Below are positions 54,648-64,000 of a stretch of DNA of 64,000 nucleotides, one piece after another (the first letter of the stretch is position 1; each line of letters opens with the position of its first letter). The position numbers were made by a program, and so were the translations under genes. The DNA comes from Proteromonas lacertae (lineage: Eukaryota). The stretch covers positions 248,001 to 312,000 of the forward strand of contig NGBS01001161.1 of assembly GCA_002245135.1 (NCBI GenBank), written 5' to 3'. The notes under the pieces are model-generated. The model was not told where the DNA came from. It saw only the letters and a program-made list of their open reading frames with translations, and did no database searches.

Positions 54648-57600
54648 TTATTTACTTACAACTTCAAGTAAATGTTGGAATTCTTTTAATAAGAAATTCA
54701 TATCACATTTCAACTTTGATTCAGTAATTATTCCTTTTATCCTTAAATAGATTTGATAGTGGTTATTAACAGATTGCTTTGATTGGATGAGTTTATTATA
54801 TAAATCTTTACCAATCTTTCTCACTTCATCGATTGATGCTACTTCTTCTTGAGAAATTGAAACACTTTCTGATTGAGATGGCGGTGGTAATATCTCCTCA
54901 GTATGATCATAAGCATGTCTTAACTTTGACACTACATTTTCTTCTCTTCCTTCTTCATCATCATTACTATTACAATTGTTTTCTTCACCTTCTTCTTCTT
55001 CCATCTTCTTATTCTCCTTCTTCTTCTTCTTATTATTATTACTTTCACTATCACTTTTATCTGTTTCTTGTATTTCTTCATCATCTTTCTTTTCATCTCC
55101 AGATTTGTTTTCTTCTTTAGATTCTTCATAGTATTTCAAACATTCTCCAAACAAATCATAGCCCAATTTATTACTAAATCTATGTTGATATGATAAAATT
55201 TCTTCTCTCAATTGTATTGCAGATCGAATTATGCTTCTTCCTTCAGTGGTATTTGGATTATACTCTTTTGCATTGTTTACTAATAAATCTATATCACTCA
55301 TAAATGATTCAACAGTTGGATATTGTGAATTATCTACTTTATCATGCATATCATTTAAACAGATTGGATTCTTGATTATTTCATAATAATCTTCTACTTC
55401 TTTTTCATCTATAGGATCCACAAATGCTTTGAATCTTTTATCTCTTTCAAAACAAGTAAGAACAGCTCTAATATAATTCCTCAATTCTCTAAAACAATGC
55501 TCTTTGTATTCTTGTTCTATTTTTTCTTGTTCTAATTCCAATGGAGATGGACCTTTATGAATTCTCTGTTTTAATACTTGAATTGGTGGTTGTCTATAAC
55601 AATAATAACAATAAGTAATACTCAGATTCATATTCTTCTGGTTTTATAGTAATTTTGTCTATATTTAATAGTAATGGTTTGTAAAACTCTTTCAATTGAT
55701 TTTTGTTTGGTTTTATCATTGTATATAATGAAGATAATAATGTAGTGTTATTCTCAGGTATAAATAGATTCTTTAATATCTGTTCTAATCCATCAAATGG
55801 AACAGATGATGAACATAAAAACAATATAGGCAAAGTTGGAGGTAAAGACTATTAAATAATAACAATGAATATAATTATACATCTAATATTGACAATAATA
55901 AGTTTTGTAAAGATTGTGAAGCATAATCCCACCACTTGTCAATATTTTCTATATATAAAATACATGGACAATGTTTTCTAGCTTCATGTATTCTTCTGCA
56001 AAAGGCTTCTTCAGGTGATGATTGTACTTCCATCGTTAAAGATGGGATATTAATATCAATTAATGGAATATACTCATAATGATGTAAAAGTGATGATATT
56101 ATCATATCTTGTCCATCTCCATTTTCACCACTTATAATTAATCTTGGTCTGTATACAGGATATAATAAACCATAACCATTATTTGAATTGTCTAATAAAG
56201 AACCAACAACATCTAAAGCTTCTTTTGCAATGTTATCTAATTTTTTACCTTCATCTCTACATGTTTGACAATACCATTTATCATCTGAATCAAGCAATGG
56301 TTTGATTGAATTATCAATACATTCTAGATGAAATGCTTTTATACATCTATTTATAAAAAATATAAATAATATATATACCCATCACAGCATATCAAATCAC
56401 CTGCTTTATGACATTTATCACACAAATCATTATTGATTATACCATATGTAGCATTCAACTGTGTATTATATGGAGCAATTAATCTATTCTTCCTATCTTT
56501 ATAATCTTTATTCACTGGGAATAACTGATAGAATAAATTCACAACACTATTCAATTGATCTCTTAATAAAGAATCTAAAATACTTGGCAATGGAGCACCA
56601 TAACTCTAAACAAATATATACATATATATAATCAACACAATATATATACAATTTGACTTCTCTTTTCACAAGGAATCAAAGTTCCCAAAGTCTCTGAAAA
56701 ATCTTGAATTAACACTCTCAATTGTTTTGGGTTTAAAATGAATGTTTTATTTGATTGATATATTTGAGGATATTGTCTTCTTATAGATCTTAAAGCAGCT
56801 TCACTGCACAATGCTTTCAAATCAGCACCACAATATCCACTTGTTACTTGAGATAAATAATTACGAAACTCAACTGATAATGGAGGATTCCACTCTTTAG
56901 TATGAATATCAATTATTTTCTTTCTTGCTGCTTCATTTGGCAATGGAAAATATAATTCTCTATCAAATCTACCTGGTCTTCTTAAAGCAGGATCTATTGC
57001 ATCAATTCTATTAGTTGCTCCAATTACAATAACTTGTCCTCTTTTATCTAAACCATCCATCAATGCCAATAATGTTGAAACAATAGAACTATGGATTTGG
57101 TCTTGTTTTGCTGATCTTACTGGAGCTAATCCATCAATTTCATCAAAGAATATAATTGAAGGTTGATAATGTTTAGCTTGTTCAAATAACAATCTCAGTT
57201 GTCTTTCAGCTTCACCAACCCATTTACTTAAACAATCTGCTCCTTTTCTCATAAAAAAAGAAATATGCTGACCACCATCTGAACAACTATTGGCTAAAGC
57301 TCTTGCAACTAAGGTCTTACCAGTTCCAGGAGGTCCATAAAACAACACACCTCTTGGTGGAGATATTGAAAAATTCTCAAATATATTTGGATAAAATAAT
57401 GGTAATAAAACCATCTCTTTTAAATCCAATATATGATCATTTAATCCTCCAATACTATCCCATGTTATTGAACTATCAATTTCTATTGGCGTTACATCAG
57501 CTCTGCTTAGATCTTTCTTATCAACTCTTTTGTCATTTAGCCTTAAATTTATTGGTAAAATACTATTAATTGCATATCTGTTCTTTTCTATTTGATATTT

Positions 57601-58737
57601 CTCAAATCCATCACTATCACTACTTGAACTATCAGAACTACTATCAAAATGTCTTCTATGGCTTTTTCTTCCGCTTCTTCTTCTTCTTCCATAACTGCTT
57701 CTATTACTACTATAACTATTTCTTTTTCTCCTATCATTTACGTCAGATTCATCTTTTTGATTTTTATCATTCGTGAAATAATGAACTTTATTTACATCTC
57801 TTAATGGATATCTTGATTGTTTCTATATGAATAATAATCACAATAAAAATCTATACAGAATTTGATTTAATCTTCAATGGAGAAAAATTATCCAATCCCA
57901 ACTATAAATTATATTAATTGTAATTCATATACATCTTCATCTCTATGTCTTCTTCTTCTTGATTTTCTTTTCTTCTGATTGTTATTCTCCTGTACTTCTA
58001 CACTATCATCTTTTGCATCATCACTGTCATTATTATTTGAGTTATTTTCTTCTTCCTCCTCCTCGTTATTTTCATCATTTCCTGATTCTTCACCAGAAGC
58101 ATCTCCATTATGTTCAAATTCACTCGATTCTTCTTCTTCTTCTTCTACTACCTCTTCATCATCATCATCTTCATCTTCATTACCATTATCATCTTTTACT
58201 ATACTATTCTCTTTCTCATCATTGCTATTTGATTCATCATTATTCTCTTCTTCATCTTCTTTTTCATCATTGATGCTATTATCTTCATCTTCTGATTTGT
58301 TTTTGATATATCTGGTATTTCTTTTACTATTTTTTATATATCAACAGATATAATACTTATTACTACTTGTGCTATTACTTCTTCTTCTTCTTTTGTTTGG
58401 AGATATTGTTTTTCTTCTTTTCACATGATAACTCGACCTTTTTCTTTTTTTAGGTAAAGCAGATCCTCTTCTTTTCATTGATCTATTTACCTTTTTATAT
58501 CCTATAGAAATTAAACAATTATGAATACTTCTCACGTCATCAGTCACACTACCACTATAATGTAAAAAATGATTTATATACTCTGTACTATCATCATCCG
58601 AGTCATAATTATCGCTGCTTTCCGATAAAGAATCCTCAATTCTCTTCTTTTCTTTTTCTTTCTATTAATCATAATAGAAACGATGAAATTACTTTGTTTA
58701 ATTCATCTAAACGGGCACTATGTCTTCTTTTTGACAT
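54648..58737 (-). CDS. ATAD2: ATAD2/Yta7-like AAA+ ATPase with bromodomain and an inserted PHD finger
   Basis: GPPGTGKTL, FFMRKGADCLSKWVGEAERQLRLLFEQA, FFDEIDGLAPVRS, YRPRLII, bromodomain DYYEIIKNPI...NAKEYN; acidic N-terminus. Confidence 0.93.
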
Positions 58738-58856
58738 GGCGCTAAAATTTGCTTGAATCAGATAGGCTTGAGACAAATGACTAAACGTTTTTTACTATTG
58801 TTATTCAATAACATTTTCTTGCATTTTCATTATATTTATATTCCGAGGAAACCGCT

Positions 58857-59346
58857 ATGGCTGAGGAAGTGTATATGATTTTTATTTATTATGAGTCATA
58901 GTCCTGCTGGTCAAATGGATATTAACACTGCTTTACCTGTTGTAATCAGAAAATCATTAATTCACGATGGTTTATTAAAAGGTTTAAATGAGTATTTCAT
59001 TTTTGTGTTAATTGCAATAGATGTGTAAAAGCTCTTGATAGAAAAGCTGCTAGACTCTGTATCTTAGCTGATGATTGTGATCAAGCTGAATACAAAAAAT
59101 TAGTTCAAGTATTTATAATAATATTAACCATGTTTAACATAAAAATAGGCTTTATGTACTGAACATGGTGTTCCAAGACTCAATGTAAAGAGCCGTGAAC
59201 AATTAGGAGAATGGTGTGGTTTATGCCATATGGATGAATCAGGTAATGCCAGAAAGACAGTAAAGACATCTTGTTGTGTAATTACTGATTTTGGTGAAGA
59301 AAGTTCTGAATTACAATTTGTCTTAAACCTTGTTAAATCAGCATAA
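58857..59346 (+). CDS. RPS12: 40S ribosomal protein S12 (eS12)
   Basis: SLIHDGLLKGLNECVKALD...LCILADDCDQAEYKKLVQALC...LGEWCGLC; three introns. Not in the ORF track. Confidence 0.93.
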
Positions 59347-59538
59347 ATAGATATAATGATTATGCTCTTTTATTTTTGTTAGTAATTGGGATTTTATGTT
59401 TTGAACACAATTGAAAATATTTTCACAGCTATTCATATTATAAAAATTATACAAATAAAATATCACTCTCTACAAAACCTAATACATCAAATCAAAAAAA
59501 ATCTAAACAAATTAGTTTGTTCAAAATAGATTTGAAAA

Positions 59539-60635
59539 ATGAATAATACCTCAGAAACTCCGTGGATCGAAAAATTCAGACCTCAAAAAGTATTTTTTAA
59601 GTTTATCAACTTATATAGTTTGAAGATATCGTGGGAAATGTTGAGGCGGTTCAAAGATTAAAACTCATTGCTGAGAATGGGAATTTACCTAATATAATAC
59701 TAGCAGTATGCATTTTTATATATGAAATATAGGGACCTCCCGGTATAGGAAAGACTACTTGTGTAATGTGTCTTGCAAAAATAATGTTAGGTGAGAATTA
59801 TAAAGAAGGTGTATTAGAAATGAATGCATCGGATGATAGGTATATATATTATGATGTTATTTTTCCATTATAGAGGTATTGAAGCTGTAAGAAACAAAAT
59901 CAAGACTTTTGCTCAAAAGAAAGTGACTTTACCTTCTGGAACCCACAAGATAATCATCTTAGATGAAGTAGATTCAATGACTCCAGCAGCACAACAAGCC
60001 ATGAGAAGAACTATGGAGATTTATTCAAATACAACAAGATTTGCTTTAGCTTGTAATATTTCCACTAAAATAATAGAACCAATACAAGTATAATATTAAT
60101 AATATAGTAATTTATATATGAATAGAGTAGATGTGCTATTCTACGTTTTTCACGTCTTACAGATCAAGAAATATTGGATAGATTAGTGTCAATATGTAAA
60201 ATAATGAATATATCATATACAAGTGATGGTATGGAAGCATTATTGTATACTTGTGATGGAGATCTAAGACAAGCCATTAATAATCTTCAAGCTACCTTCT
60301 CTGGTTTTAATTCAATCACTTCAGAAAATGTTATGAAAGTGTGTGATCAGCCTCATCCTGTTATATTAGAGAAAATTCTTGATCATTGTGTGAAATGTGA
60401 AGTTAAAGAGAGTTGTGATGAAATTTCTGCTTTATATAATGAAGGTTATTCATGTAATGATATTATTGGTACTTTTTTTAAAGTCATTAAGAATTCTAAG
60501 AATATAAGTGAAGAACAGAAGCTAAAGTTTGTAAAAGAAATTGGAATAGTGCATATGAGAGCTATTGAGGGTGTAACTTCTCTACTACAATTATATGGAT
60601 TATGCTGTAGATTATGTAATATAAATATGACCTGA
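59539..60635 (+). CDS. RFC2: Replication factor C small subunit (human RFC2/yeast Rfc4 type)
   Basis: [59 protein letters not shown]. Confidence 0.93.
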
Positions 60636-60832
60636 TGATTAATTTGTATGTTTATTATCTTTTTGTAACTGTAAAATTATATATCCAATAATCTTCTTGC
60701 ATTTATCATTTCTACATATGAAAAAAAGCTTGAAAAAAGATTGCGGAATTATTTACATGTCTTTAATTTGGGATGTTTCCCACACAAATCAATAAAATAC
60801 ATTCACTATGCTTCCCTACGCTAGACAATTAT

Positions 60833-61649
60833 ATGATTGATAGTATATTATATCATTTTCATATTTAGATCGAGAAAATGCATCTAATGAAGCACCACCT
60901 TCCCCTACCTTCCCTATATTATCCAGTATAGAGTAGACTATTATATTTATATAGATGGATATGGTTTAGAATATTCACATAATACAATAAACAATAGTGA
61001 CAATTTTACATACATGGATGATCAAAACCCATTTGGTTATGATCCCTTTGATGATGATGGTTTAGGATCTAATAGTCCTGACCCATACACCAATGAATCT
61101 CCTTATCAGCCTCCAGAAGAGAAAAACGACATGAACAACCTCTCAATCTCAACAATGCCAATTATAAACTCTATACCAAATGAAGCAGATAAAATGGAAG
61201 AAGAGGATGATGAAGATGATGAAATTCCAATTGATTTACTTAGAAATTCAGGGCACTTTCTATACGCAAAGAATATTCATGGAGAGAATCTAGAAAAAGC
61301 CAAGGCTGAATACATTAAAAAGGAAGGATTAACTATCACATGCAAATTCTGCAAAAAGATTATACCTAATCTTGAATACTTCTCTTATGACAAAACTGAG
61401 TATATTTGCATAGATTGTGCAGTAAAAGAATATTCCACTGTTGGAGAGTTGAAAGATAAGTATCCAGAAACAGGAAGGATTAGATGTAAACGTCTAGCAC
61501 ACTATAAACCTGAATGGCAGTTCATTAAACATTCTGAAAGATCTGGATATATAACTGGTAATTTATGCATCCACTGCAGAAATTGTAAAAGATTTGAATA
61601 TCAAGTGAAGAGATTAAAGAAAAAAACCAACTGCCGAACGCACCATTAA
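60833..61649 (+). CDS. Hypothetical protein with Cys-rich putative zinc-binding C-terminus
   Basis: Acidic/Pro-rich N-terminus, then CKFC...CIDC and RCKRLAH...CIHC. Start uncertain. Confidence 0.55.
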
Positions 61650-61802
61650 ATATCGCTATTTTTTACGATATAATGCTACTTACGAACTATATATGATATT
61701 GTTTTGTATTTTAACATTTACTTGTTGGGTTAAAAATGAAAAAATAAAATTGAATATCAAGCTCAATCAAGCCTATTTAATTCTATACCGTTTTTTAAGG
61801 TT

Positions 61803-63415
61803 ATGTATCGATTGAATTCAATATTTCAATCTAAAAGAATAAATAAAATATATAAAAGAACTTATTATGATATTGAAAGTGTAGGACCGTTGAAATCAAA
61901 TCCAAAGAAACATCCTATTACATGTAATTTAACAGATATAGATAAATTACTTCATAGTGATATGAAAGTATATGTAAAATATGTAATGAATAGATATCTG
62001 TAGGAATTGCAGGAGGGACTGCTGTTCCATTAGTTAATTATATTACAAAGGTATTATTAATATATATAATTTATGAATAATAGACAGTTGCTAATAAAAA
62101 CTTTAGGAATATTGAATTTATGCATTTACTAACAGCAGGAAGTGTACCATACACTAAACTTGAGAATACTCACAAGTTTTCTACACGTTGCTTTTATTTA
62201 GGTCAAAATATGAGAAAACCAATAGAAGAAGGAAATGCAGATTATGTATATATAAATATGCAATTAATATTATATTAATACACAGTGTCCAATATTTTTC
62301 AGTGATATTCCAAAACTGTACAGAGAGAAAATCATTCCAATTGATATATGTTTAGTAAATCTAAGTCAACCAAATGATAATAACTATTGTTCACTTGGTG
62401 TGTCTTGTGGTGAAACAAGAGCTGCAATTGAATCTGCAAAAGTATATTATTATAATATATATATATATATATCAGTAGATTGTAATAGGAATGATAAATA
62501 AAAAGATGCCGTATAGTTTTGGTGATAGTGAAATTCATATTTCTAATATTGATTATTTAGTGAATATAGATGATGAAATAGAAGAAATAAAACTTCCTCA
62601 AATAACTCCAGAATCCAGAATAATTGCTAATTATATATCAGAAAAACTTATTGAAGATAAAGCTACACTTCAAATCGGTGTTGGATCTGTTATAATGGCA
62701 TTAATGGAGAATTTGAATTCATTTAAAGATATTGGAATTCATACTGAAGTATTTAGTGATGGTTTAATACCATTGTATAATAAAGGTATTATTACTGGTA
62801 AATACGTATAAATATATATATCATTTATCTCTATTTATTAATAGAAAACTGTGGATAATGGTTTAATAACAACGACATTTGTAAAAGGTAGTAAAATGAT
62901 GTATATATTTTTATAATTATTTTTTTATTATTCTATTGCATATTAGATATGACTTTGTTGATAAGAATAAAGATGTTATTGTTCGAGATGTTGCATTTAC
63001 AAACAATCCATTTGTTATAGCGAACAATTATCATATGATATCAATAAACTCAGCAATTGAAATAGATCTAACTGGTCAAGTTGTTTCAGATTCTATAGGT
63101 AGTTATATATACAGTGGAACAGGAGGACAAGTAGATTTTGTTTATGGAAGCTCTTTATGTCCTGCAGGAAAGTCTATCATAGCTATGTCGTCTTGTACAA
63201 AAAAAGGTAAATCAAAAATAGTCTCATGTATTGAAAAAGGAGCTGGAGTTGTAACAACGAGAGCAAATGTGAGATATGTAGTGACTGAATATGGTATTGT
63301 AGATCTTTTTGGTAAATCGATAAGTGAAAGAGCTAAATTACTAATAAGCATTGCTCATCCTTCTAAGCGATCAATTTTATATGATGAAGCACATAAAAAC
63401 GGTATAATTATTTAA
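61803..63415 (+). CDS. Acetyl-CoA hydrolase/transferase family enzyme (acetate:succinate CoA-transferase 1B / 4-hydroxybutyrate CoA-transferase type)
   Basis: LQIGVG, GIHTEVFSDG, NSAIEIDLTGQV, SGTGGQVDF, VVTEYG, LISIAHP; presequence-like N-terminus. Confidence 0.9.
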
Positions 63416-63528
63416 AAACTAACGTAAATTCTGTGATTCTTTTTGTATATATTAAGGGAATAATAATTACATTTTTTAATACAGTATTCAAGCCAAACTT
63501 TTCATTCGTTATTTGTTTATAAGAATCA

Positions 63529-64000
63529 ATGGGCATTTTAGTAGTTTTAAATATTTTATTATTTATTCCTGCTTTTGTTGGAGCAAATTTTGCTGTGATT
63601 ATAAGAGATTCAGCTCAAATAACTTTTTATGAGACATTCTTTCGTTCTCTAGCTGGTGACCCAACTGTCCAGGTTTTTGCTTGTGATAGTGGTTTAGATG
63701 CAACTCTAAATATATTAAAGACTGGTTTATATCAACATGTTTTCACAGATGATTGCTTATACGATATGGTAGATGATCTAAAAGATTACCCATGTTATTT
63801 TTGGATGGCATATCCACTTGCTCAGGAGAAATGTTCCAAGAATGTAATATATTACAGTTCATTTGTTCCTATGATGATTTCATGTATTTATATTATATTT
63901 ATAATATAATAGTTGGTCAAGCATTTGTAAAAAGATTCCAAGATCCTAGAATCAATGTATATATCGTTGAAGATGATAAGAATAATGTTAAGAACAATAA
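63529..64000 (+). CDS. Partial paralog of the 21142 receptor (truncated by window end)
   Basis: Signal peptide, shared HVFTDD, then DNA identical to 21449-21664. Confidence 0.85.
63785..64000 (+). repeat. Second copy of the 216-bp identical segment (runs off the window)
   Basis: Identical to 21449-21664. Confidence 0.95.

Noticed and set aside
57570..58353. His-rich and Ser-rich + strand ORFs
   Set aside because: Antisense shadows of the acidic low-complexity N-terminus of ATAD2.
1..64000. Prokaryotic operons, CRISPR arrays, rRNA/tRNA genes, transposases
   Set aside because: The DNA is spliced eukaryotic sequence. I saw no repeat-spacer array, RNA-gene structure or transposase/RT motif.
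1..64000. Genes whose stop codon is created only by polyadenylation
   Set aside because: Every complete gene I could model has a genomic stop near the expected C-terminus. A case cannot be shown without cDNA.
1..64000. Alternative genetic code (stop reassignment)
   Set aside because: In-frame stops are explained by micro-introns or 1-nt slips, and TAA, TAG and TGA all end genes.

Overview
Very AT-rich, gene-dense eukaryotic DNA with about 24 protein-coding genes, tiny GTAT...TAG introns (mostly about 25-40 nt) and very short intergenic gaps. The intron size, a TGTTTGTT 3' motif and mitochondrion-related-organelle enzymes (PDH E1 alpha, an ASCT-type CoA-transferase, SDHAF2) suggest a Blastocystis/Proteromonas-like gut stramenopile; this is inference. 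Housekeeping genes: family A DNA polymerase, Rpn9, USP5, GCN1, importin-7/8, ATAD2/Yta7, RPS12, RFC2, TMEM17/216-like. Highlights: (1) a giant class C (GABA-B-like) GPCR of roughly 3,900 aa with nine tandem UrtA/AmiC-type periplasmic binding domains; (2) a paralog at the window end whose divergent N-terminus switches abruptly to 100% nucleotide identity, intron included; (3) three candidate divergent minor (U12-like) introns starting ATATCATTTTT and ending AA, AT or AG at a near-fixed distance from a branch-like motif; (4) a recurrent TCAAGC motif just upstream of start codons; (5) unusual domain fusions (myristoyl/EF-hand/8x He_PIG/SPRY; signal peptide plus two degenerate SET domains; PHD finger inside ATAD2). 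Several single-base +1 frameshifts look like assembly errors. Gene models were spliced by eye, so boundaries are approximate. No database searches were run.
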